Positions 40,804 to 50,300 of a stretch of DNA of 64,000 nt are shown piece after piece. Both the position numbers and the translations under genes were made by a program. The notes under the pieces are model-generated. The model had not been told where the DNA came from, made no database searches, and saw only the letters and a list, made by a program, of their open reading frames with translations. Within the stretch, counting starts at the first letter, position 1. Each line of letters opens with the position of its first letter. The stretch comes from Candidatus Bathyarchaeota archaeon (lineage in GTDB: Archaea > Thermoproteota > Bathyarchaeia > Bathyarchaeales > Bathycorpusculaceae): contig CAWEPZ010000009.1 of assembly GCA_963811105.1 (NCBI GenBank), positions 192,001 to 256,000 of the forward strand. Direction: 5' to 3'.

Positions 40804-41057
40804 CATCCATGAAAACTTGTTAAAAAAATCTCTCCTAGATCCAAATCATAATGAGTGAAATGACTCTAAGTATTGCATTTTAGTAAAACAGTAAATCTAT
40901 GATTTTTCTCTTAATCTATTTCTTACCTATTTCCTATTGATATTTCCTTTATCTGGAAGATTTGTCAAAAGTTAGTTGGGTGTTAGCTGCAATAGTTAAA
41001 ATAAAATGTAAATAAAAATGGAAGTAATCGAAACCATTTAGGTCCCATCAGTACCAA

Positions 41058-41345
41058 TTATTCTTGGCATTCTGAGATTTCTGGGTGTTTGGTTAATTCA
41101 TCAAGAGACTTGTTTAGCAATACATTGTCTCCAACTTTAGCAACTAATGAGGTTGGCATGCATACAGTTGAGTTTCTGAATCTTTTGTTGAATCCAAGAT
41201 CCTCGGATGCTGGCTTTGACAACTTCACATGTAAATGGGTAACTTGCCAGCTGTCAGTGTTCAGTTCTACACCATTAAGTTCCCCGAGATCAAAACCGCC
41301 CGCACAAATAACAAACTTCCCAGAAAGTTTATCAAAACTCACCAA
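41058..41345 (-). CDS. PRC-barrel domain protein
   Basis: LSGKFVI..GG.DLGEL.GVEL....WQVTHL...VAKVGDNVLL. Confidence 0.82.
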   Translation of the reverse strand: MVSFDKLSGKFVICAGGFDLGELNGVELNTDSWQVTHLHVKLSKPASEDLGFNKRFRNSTVCMPTSLVAKVGDNVLLNKSLDELTKHPEISECQE

Positions 41346-41432
41346 AATAAATCACCATTCTAGAATCACAAAAATCTGGAATATAATTCTTTCCCCAATT
41401 ACAGGCTGAGCGTGATGTTTGGTTCATGATAA

Positions 41433-41503
41433 CTTGAGTGTGAGATGTGAAAATAATAACTTTCAGGTTAGCACTTGATAGTTTATTTGCCGTTGAAGAG
41501 CCA
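41433..41503. repeat. Degenerate intergenic repeat, copy 2
   Basis: Shares the 15-bp exact core and downstream similarity with 38449-38510. Confidence 0.6.
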
Positions 41504-41781
41504 ATTCAACCAACAAAGTTCGGATTATCTGTAACATAATTCAGGTCATTAAATATTTGACTTTAATAATTGTTTCTTTCAACGGTCATTTTTGTGATTC
41601 TGAAAATAAACAAGCTATCATTAATCCATTATGTTAGTCGGAAAATGCCAGCGCAAACGTTGCAATAATGTCAATTTCTATTTGGATTGATTCAGTAGTA
41701 ACCCATCACGTATATTGCGAGGTTTAGAATAGTACTTATATAGAAATTCTTTTTAAGTAATATGATAGGAGAAGGAGAATA

Positions 41782-42000
41782 TTGGGAGAAAGCATTAAAC
41801 CAAACAAGGGTCCAACGAATGAAAACGGTAATGCTTCTGACTTGTATGACTCCGAGCCAGAAAGGGAAATAATAAAGGATCTTGAAGCTTTTATTAAAGA
41901 AATAGAACGTGAAAACAAAGATGTAGACTGCAATCTACAAGATTCTTGTTACATTGCCAAAAATAGAATGGGTCAATGCCCCTGTGAACTGTACAGATAA
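41782..42000 (+). CDS. Small acidic protein with C-terminal 4-Cys cluster
   Basis: Strong AGGAG SD, TATA upstream; C-x5-C-x9-C-x-C. Confidence 0.55.
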   Translation: MGESIKPNKGPTNENGNASDLYDSEPEREIIKDLEAFIKEIERENKDVDCNLQDSCYIAKNRMGQCPCELYR

Positions 42001-42480
42001 AAATAGTTAACATAACCTTATGATAATCAAAGTTGAATTAGTTTGTATCCTAAAAATGACACAATACAATTGAGTGTAACTTGTATTGATTTTCAAGTGC
42101 ACGCTTAAGAGCCCACCTATACGTTAACACCAATTCTTTAATTTTAGCCCCAAATACCCTTGTATCTTTGCTTAACGCTTCATACATTTACTTAGTGTTT
42201 ATTGCAATCAGAGCAACCAGATTATTGTCGGTATCAAAGCTGGCGTGTAAAGCGGCATCGTGGTGAACCATACTTACAAAACCTGCGCTACTTCAGGGTA
42301 AAGAAAATTGTGTCCAGGATAATTACATTATCTTTACCTCAAACTGACTCAGTGCTAATAGAAACAAACAAAAAACTATACTTTGCTTCTGAAATGTAAA
42401 AAAAGAAGAGCTGAGGAATCATCCACTGAATTCGTCAGATACACACATGCGACTAACCTTCTGGAGAAATCGCATAAGCC

Positions 42481-43059
42481 TCATTTTTTGCTTCTTGGTT
42501 TTTCCCACAACTCAAACTTTTCCTTTTTAAGCTCAGTTCTCTTCTTCTGCAAATAATTATATACCGTATGGTGTTGGCAGCCTTCAATAATCATTTGCAC
42601 TGCGTTATGAGCGGTATCAACTTGCTCAAAACTGCCGATTAACCCAACTGTATGACCATAAACCACTACATCTGCCTCAGATAGCTCTTCTATTAGCTTT
42701 CTTGTTTTACCTTCTGCGCCAATTATTCTGCCTTTTATGCGTTTAATGTCTGATTCTGAACGGCCAAAAATTACACGTAAATCGATCAGATCAAAGATTT
42801 CGTCTTCGTCTCGAATTAATCGGAAAGCAACTTCGGGGATGAATCCTCTGCCTATAGCTGTAACAACATCTTTAGCTTTTAAAAGTAAAGATGGGTCCGT
42901 GGATTTTTCTGAAAGTGTAATGGTGATACTGCCTTCAGTGTCTATATCAAGCTTAACTTGAAGCTTCTCCTCAATATACTGCTTAACTTTACCTTCCTCA
43001 CCAATTACAATGCCAACGCGCTCTTTTGGAATCTTTACAAACATGTCTAAATTGGGCAT
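42481..43059 (-). CDS. KH-domain RNA-processing protein (Dim2/Pno1)
   Basis: RVGIVIGEEG, AIGRGF, GRIIGAEGKT; downstream of rio1. Confidence 0.93.
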   Translation of the reverse strand: MPNLDMFVKIPKERVGIVIGEEGKVKQYIEEKLQVKLDIDTEGSITITLSEKSTDPSLLLKAKDVVTAIGRGFIPEVAFRLIRDEDEIFDLIDLRVIFGRSESDIKRIKGRIIGAEGKTRKLIEELSEADVVVYGHTVGLIGSFEQVDTAHNAVQMIIEGCQHHTVYNYLQKKRTELKKEKFELWEKPRSKK

Positions 43060-43061
43060 TC

Positions 43062-43844
43062 TTAACCAACAACCATTTTATGAAATTCTTCAACTGGATA
43101 AACCTTAACGTTTAGCCGACTAAAGAACCTATTCAAATTCGTCAAATCTCTATTCAACATGAAGTCAGCCATCGGATGCTCAACAGAAACTGACTGGGAC
43201 ACGTCAAAAATCACTATTTTTCCCTTCCACATCATAATATTATATTCGCTTAAATCTCCGTGAACAAGTTTAGCTTTTCGGTATAGACGCTTAACATAAG
43301 TAACAAGTAAACGATAAGTCCGCTCAGGATTAGCAGGTGACCGCTCTTTCAGCGATGGAGCACTGACACCCTCTTTCCCGATAAATTCCATGACGACAAC
43401 ATTACTTTTGACGGCGATTGGTTTAGGAACAGGAACTTTTGCTTCTGAAGCTTCTCTTAGATTGCGAAATTCTTTCTGCGCCCAAATGGAAATAAGGGAT
43501 CTTGTGTCCCGCTTTATATTTTTGAAACGTGGGTCTCCTTCAATGTATTTAACCATGCCCTTCTTGAACTCGGCAGATGATGTTAAGTAAATTTTGACAG
43601 CCAAATCCTTGCCTTCTCTGTCGGTACCCCAGTAAACCCGCGCTTCCTTGCCCGAACTCACAACCCCATTAAGCTCATAAAGTACACCCGTATTTAGCAA
43701 GTCAAATACAACCATACGGGTAGTTTGGTCAAAAACCTCTTCCACAGTGGCTCGCTCTTTTGTCATGTCATGTGTTAGCATTTTGTCCCTGCGTTCAATT
43801 CTTCTTTCGGTATGCGCGATGCGTTCTTGGGCTTTTCTAGACAT
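43062..43844 (-). CDS. rio1: RIO1 serine kinase
   Basis: SSGKEARVY, AVKIY, WAQKEFRNL, VHGDLSEYN, IFDVSQ. Confidence 0.95.
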   Translation of the reverse strand: MSRKAQERIAHTERRIERRDKMLTHDMTKERATVEEVFDQTTRMVVFDLLNTGVLYELNGVVSSGKEARVYWGTDREGKDLAVKIYLTSSAEFKKGMVKYIEGDPRFKNIKRDTRSLISIWAQKEFRNLREASEAKVPVPKPIAVKSNVVVMEFIGKEGVSAPSLKERSPANPERTYRLLVTYVKRLYRKAKLVHGDLSEYNIMMWKGKIVIFDVSQSVSVEHPMADFMLNRDLTNLNRFFSRLNVKVYPVEEFHKMVVG

Positions 43845-43959
43845 AATATCAAACCATGTTAACAACTATAAAGTATTTAAAACAATTAATCAGCAAACTC
43901 AACAAAACGTATCAGGCAAGCACACTGCCTCGGTGTGTGAATAAGTTAAGAGTTGAAGG

Positions 43960-44265
43960 TTAAAGGGTTAAAATTCCCTTGCGTCTTAACGTATCAGATT
44001 GTGAATGTGTGTAACGCCAGACTACATCGCCGCGCTTGTCACTTTGGAAATCCCAAGGCGCAACAATTACAATATCGCCTTCGCGAATCCAGACACGCCT
44101 TTTCATTTTGCCGCGGATTCTGCACAAACGTTCCGCGCCATCCTGGCATTTTACCATAATACGATCGAACCCAAGAAGTTTAACAACTACACCCAAAACC
44201 TCACCTTGTCCAGGATAAACTAGCTCGCCGATTGCGCCTTCGCTTAACACTTTTTTCTTTCCCAA
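43960..44265 (-). CDS. eif1a: Translation initiation factor aIF-1A
   Basis: LCRIRGKMKRRVWIREGDIVIVAPWDFQ. Confidence 0.96.
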   Translation of the reverse strand: MGKKKVLSEGAIGELVYPGQGEVLGVVVKLLGFDRIMVKCQDGAERLCRIRGKMKRRVWIREGDIVIVAPWDFQSDKRGDVVWRYTHSQSDTLRRKGILTL

Positions 44266-44464
44266 CCAGTAAACCTCGGTTAACTTGAAAAAATATGTCT
44301 AGCTTGCTTAAAAGTGTAGCTTCTACGGCAGATGCTTGATGATTCTTGTGTTGTTTAAACATGTTCCCAACGAGCACATATGGTTGATTAATTCTATCCG
44401 TTCTCACAGTTAAAACTCATATTCTTTAAAAAGGTATGAGCGTTTGATTATGAAGGTTTGAGCC

Positions 44465-45202
44465 ATGAGTATAGTGCGCAAGATTATTAGTCCATTTTAC
44501 AGGGCTTATATGTACATTTTCGAATCCAAAATCATGGCTCACAAGCTGAGAGATTTAGCTGAAAGCTGCGGCAACGACATTGGACGACTGGTTAATCTGA
44601 CATTCAGTTTCGAATACAAGCAAGTCTTTCATAAGTCTTGGGTTAGAAGGTTAAGGCCTTACCAAATTATGTCTGAAATTACTGCGTTGTTGCGAATTGT
44701 ACAAGAATCAAACCCTAAAGTAATCGTTGAAATTGGGACTAGGGGTGGAGGAACGTTGTTTCTCTTTGCTCGCACTACTAATTCTGAAAAAATCATAAGT
44801 ATCGATTTACCTGAAGGACCTTTTGGAGGCGGCTATCCATTTTGGATGGTTCCATTTTTCAAGTCTTTTGGGAGGAAGCAAGTAATCCATCTGATTAGGG
44901 CAGATTCTCACAGTGAAGAGGCTCTTGGAAAATTGAAAACCCAGCTTAAAGGCGGAGAAGTTGATTTCCTGTTCATAGACGGAGACCATACATATCATGG
45001 GGTTAAGCAGGATTTTCATATGTACTCTCCTCTGGTTAGAAAAGGCGGAATTGTGGCTTTCCATGATATTGTTGCGCATGACCTAAAAGATGGTTGCGAA
45101 GTAGATAAGTTCTGGAATGAAGTGAAAGTAGGTTACCGCAACGTTGAGATTGTTGAGAGACAGAATCAAAAATGCGCTGGAATAGGTGTATTATATTTCT
45201 AG
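44465..45202 (+). CDS. Class I SAM methyltransferase (Methyltransf_24-like)
   Basis: VEIGTRGGGT, DFLFIDGDHTY, GGIVAFHD. Confidence 0.88.
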   Translation: MSIVRKIISPFYRAYMYIFESKIMAHKLRDLAESCGNDIGRLVNLTFSFEYKQVFHKSWVRRLRPYQIMSEITALLRIVQESNPKVIVEIGTRGGGTLFLFARTTNSEKIISIDLPEGPFGGGYPFWMVPFFKSFGRKQVIHLIRADSHSEEALGKLKTQLKGGEVDFLFIDGDHTYHGVKQDFHMYSPLVRKGGIVAFHDIVAHDLKDGCEVDKFWNEVKVGYRNVEIVERQNQKCAGIGVLYF

Positions 45203-45545
45203 TTAATCAATTTCATTCCTGATAGAAAGCGCAAACTTTGTGATATCTATAGCGATGTTTGGGATTTAGATAGAAGAGATACACAATTTATCTTATTTGA
45301 GGTCGGACAGTTTAGAGGTTTCTCTGCGAGTAGGCATTATTATCGCGAGCTTAGTTTGCTTAAAAGCGCGTTCATAAAAGCTAACCGATTAATAAGATTC
45401 TGTGTCGTGTTGGACCGATTTCTTTTAAGCATCCAGAAAAGAATTTGCAAGTTCCAGAAAGCGGCAGTGGAATAAAAGCCCCAGAAAATTTAATGTAAGT
45501 TTAAATGTTTTCATCGAATAATCATTTCAATGGTGCAGCGTCCAA

Positions 45546-46361
45546 GTGTCTTATTACTTTAACATACCTTACCGAAACAACCCTAAACTCAAAGCGGTAA
45601 TGGAACGAATAAAAGAAGATAAGAAATTGAAATCCTATTGGAAATGCGCTAATGTCATGGCAATAGAGCGCATGGGCTACACAGATCATGGCCCAACACA
45701 CGTTAAAATTGTTTCTAACCTTGCTTTGAAGCTTCTTCGTATTCTTACAGAAAAAAAACTCATTACTCCAAGCATTGTAGAAAATTACTTTATGCAAAAT
45801 GACGACGCTGAAGTAGTTGTTGTTTTAAGCTCAATTTTTCATGATTTAGGCATGATTGTTCAAAGATACAATCACCAAGTTTTCAGTGGATTTTTAGCTT
45901 TAGAATTTCTTGAAAAATGCTTAAGCCCAACTTACAGCGAAGAAGAGCGAGCAATAATAACTTCAGAAGTTTTGCATGCCATAGTGTCCCACGAACAGCC
46001 CGTAAGCATAGAGGCAACCCACAGGATATTAACCAAGGAAGCAGGCATAGTTGGCATCGCAGACGCCTTAGATATGGAAGCAGGAAGAGCAAGAATACCC
46101 TTTCAAGCAGGAAAAATTGACATACATGCAGTATCAGCACTTTCAATTGAAAAAGTCGAGATAGAAGTGTTGGAAGACGTTGAAGTTGGGAAAAAACCCA
46201 TAAACATTAAAATTAAAATGTCAAATTCAGCAGGCGTTTTCCAAATTGACGAGCTTCTTAAGCCAAGAATCGTTAACTCTGGGCTTGAACAATTCTTCCA
46301 TGTAATTGCCGAAATCACGGGCGAAAAGGAAAACCGAATTATAGAAAAATTCGAAATCTAA
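45546..46361 (+). CDS. HD-superfamily phosphohydrolase
   Basis: DHGPTH, FHDLG, IADALDM..GRAR, IHAVSA. Confidence 0.88.
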   Translation: MSYYFNIPYRNNPKLKAVMERIKEDKKLKSYWKCANVMAIERMGYTDHGPTHVKIVSNLALKLLRILTEKKLITPSIVENYFMQNDDAEVVVVLSSIFHDLGMIVQRYNHQVFSGFLALEFLEKCLSPTYSEEERAIITSEVLHAIVSHEQPVSIEATHRILTKEAGIVGIADALDMEAGRARIPFQAGKIDIHAVSALSIEKVEIEVLEDVEVGKKPINIKIKMSNSAGVFQIDELLKPRIVNSGLEQFFHVIAEITGEKENRIIEKFEI

Positions 46362-46379
46362 ATTTTTGAGGCAACAAGG

Positions 46380-48105
46380 TTGATTCATAATTATGATGTA
46401 GTAATAGTTGGCGGTGGAATCGCAGGATTATACACGGCTTTAACGGCGGCTGAGCAGTGTCGAGTTGCTGTTGTCAGCAAAGTGCATGTTACACGATCTC
46501 ACTCTGTTGCTGCGCAGGGCGGCATTGCTGCAAGTCTTGGCAACGAGGAAGAGGATCATTGGAAATGGCACATGTATGACACGATTAAAGGCAGCGATTA
46601 CCTTGCTGACCAAGATGCTGTGGAGGTTTTAACAAAAGAAGCGCCAAACCAGATAATTGCACTTGAGCACATGGGCGTACCATTTACTCGCAATGCAGAA
46701 GGCAAGATTGAGCAACGCAGGTTCGGCGGTCATACAAGAAACAATGGGCAATCGCCTGTTAAACGGGCTTGTTATGTTTCCGACCGCACAGGTAGGGCGA
46801 TTATGGATACGCTCTTCGACAAGTGTCTATCAAAGGGTGTGGATATGTATCATGAAGTTTTCGTCTTACAACTGCTTTTCTCGGGCAACCACTGCTGCGG
46901 GGTGGCTGGTTACGATATTGCTAACAGCAAGACACATATTTTCCATGTCAAAAGCCGTAGTGTTAGCCACAGGTGGCTGCGGAAAGATCTTTAAAATCAC
47001 ATCCAACGGATTTGCATCCACAGGCGACGGTTTCGCGTTAGCGTTAGATTCTCTCGTTCCGCTTCAGGACATGGAGTTTGTTCAGTTTCACCCTACAGGG
47101 ATTTACGGGCTTGGTATCCTTATTAGCGAAGCTGCCCGAGCAGAAGGAGGAGTATTGCTCAACGGTGTTGGGGAGCGATTTATGGAACGATATGCGCCAA
47201 ATTTGAAGGATCTGGCGCCACGCGATATTATTTCAAGGGCAATACTTACGGAGATAGGTGAGGGCAGAGGCGTCGACGGAAAAGACTACGTACATTTGGA
47301 TCTTCGAGGCATAGGCAAAGAACAATTAAGCCAAAAACTACCTGAAATCTCATCCTTCATCAAAACCTACTTAGGAACTGACCCAAGCGAGAAGCTTATT
47401 CCAGTCGCTCCCACATGCCACTACATAATGGGAGGCATCCCCACCGATAGTGAAGGACACGTCTTTACTACCGAAGCAGATGGCATTCTGTCTGGACTTT
47501 TCGCGGTTGGAGAATGTGCATGTGTTAGCGTTCATGGAGCAAACCGTTTAGGATGCAACTCGCTCATTGACCTTGTTGTTTTTGGACGCAGAACAGGGCT
47601 AAGTGTTGTTAAACATGCGAAAGAAAAAGAGTTGCCTCTTCTTCCCCAACAAGCCGAAAACATCCTGCTTGATAAAATCAACACTTTATTAGACTCTCGG
47701 GGTAGCGAGCGCGTGCCAGCTTTGCGTAGTGAAATGCAGTGTTTGATGGCTGAGAAATGTAGCGTTTTCCGAAATAATGAAGGACTTCAAGAATCACTAA
47801 ATGAAATTTGCCAGCTTCAAAAGCGATATTTAAATGTAGGTTTAGCTAATAAAAGTAAAATTTTCAATTATGATCTGCAGGAAGCTTTTGAGCTTGACAA
47901 TATGCTAAAAACGGCGGAAGCTATAGTTTTCTCAGCTCTTCAGCGGAAGGAAAGCCGTGGTGCGCATTATCGGAGCGACTTTCCTGGGAGAAATGATGAA
48001 GAATGGTTGCGACATACCCTTGTTAGTGTGGTGCCAGAAGGGTTGGTTGCTACCTATAAGCCAATATCTATTACCCGATTTTCTCCCCAAGAAAGGAGGT
48101 ATTAA
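46380..48105 (+). CDS. sdhA: Succinate dehydrogenase/fumarate reductase flavoprotein (1-nt insertion at 46950-46953)
   Basis: GGGIAG, RSHSVAAQGG, EFVQFHPTG, HYIMGG, HGANRLG, ESRGAH; the two ORFs join at HV-K-AVVLATGG when one A is removed. Confidence 0.93.
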
Positions 48106-48106
48106 A

Positions 48107-48832
48107 ATGAAGGTTAAAATGAAAATTCACCGATTCAACCCCGAAACAGACAAGGTGCCATACTACGACGTTTTTGAGGTAGACGCCCAAGCCAACGACC
48201 GCATTCTTGATTGCCTAAACAAAATCCGGTGGGAACAAGATAGCAGCTTATCTTACCGAATGTCTTGTGCTCATGGCGTCTGCGGCTCTGATGCTGTAAG
48301 CATAAACGGCATTCCCGCTTTAGCATGCCAAAAACTCGTCAAAGATTATGACTATTCAAAGGTGCTTGTTATTGAGCCTTTGAGGTATTTTCCAGTAATA
48401 AAAGACCTAATTGTTGACATGAGACTCTTTTTTAGAAGAATAAAGGCTATACAACCAAACACACCTCAGCAACTAACTGATGACCTTCCGGAGAAGGAAC
48501 GGCTGCAAACCGTTGATGAGCGAAGCAGAATTGATGATGCCATCAAATGTATTTTATGCGGTTGCTGCGTCGCAGCTTGCCCAGTTATTTTGGAACAGGA
48601 ACCACAGTTTATAGGCCCAGCCGCCTTATTGAGGGAGCAGAAGTACATTTTTGATTCTCGGGCAACGGATGTAATTGGGCGCATGCGCGTTTTGGAGAAA
48701 CCTTATGGGATTTGGGGTTGCAAAAGCTACTTTATGTGCACGATTGTGTGTCCAAAGAACATTAAAGTGACTGAGGCGATAATTAAGACTAAGAAGAAAA
48801 TAATTCGTGAACTTCACCCCGAAACTGTCTGA
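48107..48832 (+). CDS. sdhB: Succinate dehydrogenase/fumarate reductase Fe-S subunit
   Basis: SCAHGVCGSDA, LAC, CILCGCCVAACP, CKSYFMCTIVCPK; GGAGGT SD. Confidence 0.94.
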   Translation: MKVKMKIHRFNPETDKVPYYDVFEVDAQANDRILDCLNKIRWEQDSSLSYRMSCAHGVCGSDAVSINGIPALACQKLVKDYDYSKVLVIEPLRYFPVIKDLIVDMRLFFRRIKAIQPNTPQQLTDDLPEKERLQTVDERSRIDDAIKCILCGCCVAACPVILEQEPQFIGPAALLREQKYIFDSRATDVIGRMRVLEKPYGIWGCKSYFMCTIVCPKNIKVTEAIIKTKKKIIRELHPETV

Positions 48833-48848
48833 GAGAGGCAACAGCAAC

Positions 48849-50243
48849 ATGGAAACAAGAAAAGAAGTAGACCCATTAGGCGAAAGACTCATCCCTAAAA
48901 ACGTCTATTTTGGTATTCAAACGCTTCGGGCAACCGAGAATTTTCCCGTAAGCGGAATCAAAGAACCCAGCCAGTTCATCAAAGCTTACGTGATTATTAA
49001 AAAAGCAGCAGCAATCGCCAATTACCAAGTCGGCTGTCTAGATGACAAAAAAGCAAAAGCCATCACAGCTGCCTGTGATGAGGTGTTAGCTGGCAAACTC
49101 ATCGACCAATTCGTGGTTGACGTCTTCCAGGCTGGCGCTGGGACTTCTTTTAATATGAATGTTAACGAGGTTTTAGCAAATAGGGCATTAGAAATACTTG
49201 GGGGGCAGAAGGGTGACTACAAAACCGTCAGCCCAAACGATCATGTAAACATGGGACAGTCAACCAACGACACTTTTCCAACAGCGCTCCACGTGTCTGT
49301 TCTCATAGCTTTGCAGCCTTTACTTAGTGCATTAGATGGGCTAGCAGAAGCCTTCAACGATTTGGGAAGAAAATATGCTAACATTTTGAAATCAGGCAGA
49401 ACACATCTGCAAGACGCCGTCCCTGTCACCATCGGGCAAGAGTTTACGGCTTACGGTTCAGCAGTTGCAAACGCCTGCGCTGAACTGCGAAGGAGGCAGG
49501 AAAATCTTTACCCGGTAGCGTTAGGCGGGACAGCAGTTGGAACAGGAGTTAATGCACATCCCAAATACAAGAAGTTGGTAATAGCAGAACTATCGAAAAT
49601 TACAGGGTTTCCGCTTAAACCTGCGGAAAACAATTTTGAGGCACTGCAAAGCCATCGAGCAGCACAGACGGTTTCAAGCGGACTCAAAGAATTAGCCCTT
49701 GAGCTGATACGCATAGCAAATGACCTGCGACTTCTGGCTTCAGGCCCCACAACGGGTCTTAATGAGATTGTGCTGCCGTCTGTGCAACCTGGCTCATCAA
49801 TTATGCCGGGAAAAGTGAACCCGGTGATGGCTGAATGCCTAGATATGGTGGCTTATCAAGTGGTTGGCAACGATTTAGCGACTTCCTATGCGGTTCAAGC
49901 TGGACAACTGGAACTAAACGTCATGACGCCCGCCATAGCCTACAATATGCTGCTCTCCATCAAAATCTTAGCCAATTACATTCCGATCTTTACCCAAAAA
50001 TGCGTCCGAGGCATAACCGTCAACGAAAAGCAATGTAATCAGTACCTCGACAAGAACCCGTCGTTGGCAACACTTTTGGCACCGTACATCGGCTACATGG
50101 AAGCAGCTAAAATCGCCAAACAAGCTCAACTAGAAAATCGCTCTGTAAAAGAAATCGCGCTTGAGAAGAAATTGCTAAAGCCAGAGGAAATTGATGAAGA
50201 TATTCAGCCGAAAAAACCTTTTAAACGAATAGAAATGGGTTAG
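48849..50243 (+). CDS. Aspartate ammonia-lyase / class II fumarase
   Basis: GAGTSFNMN, QSTND, GRTHLQDA, GSSIMPGKVNP; probable indel near 50197 (alternative tail EIFSRKNLLNE-stop at 50232). Confidence 0.92.
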   Translation: METRKEVDPLGERLIPKNVYFGIQTLRATENFPVSGIKEPSQFIKAYVIIKKAAAIANYQVGCLDDKKAKAITAACDEVLAGKLIDQFVVDVFQAGAGTSFNMNVNEVLANRALEILGGQKGDYKTVSPNDHVNMGQSTNDTFPTALHVSVLIALQPLLSALDGLAEAFNDLGRKYANILKSGRTHLQDAVPVTIGQEFTAYGSAVANACAELRRRQENLYPVALGGTAVGTGVNAHPKYKKLVIAELSKITGFPLKPAENNFEALQSHRAAQTVSSGLKELALELIRIANDLRLLASGPTTGLNEIVLPSVQPGSSIMPGKVNPVMAECLDMVAYQVVGNDLATSYAVQAGQLELNVMTPAIAYNMLLSIKILANYIPIFTQKCVRGITVNEKQCNQYLDKNPSLATLLAPYIGYMEAAKIAKQAQLENRSVKEIALEKKLLKPEEIDEDIQPKKPFKRIEMG

Positions 50244-50300
50244 CGTCTGAAAAATGCGGTAGAAAACCTTCAGAAAATTCACCGAAATGAGTGTTATGAC

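Noticed and set aside
46940-46960. Programmed frameshift in sdhA
   Set aside because: Only an A4 run with no slippery heptamer or stimulator; similar indels recur across the window, so error is more likely.
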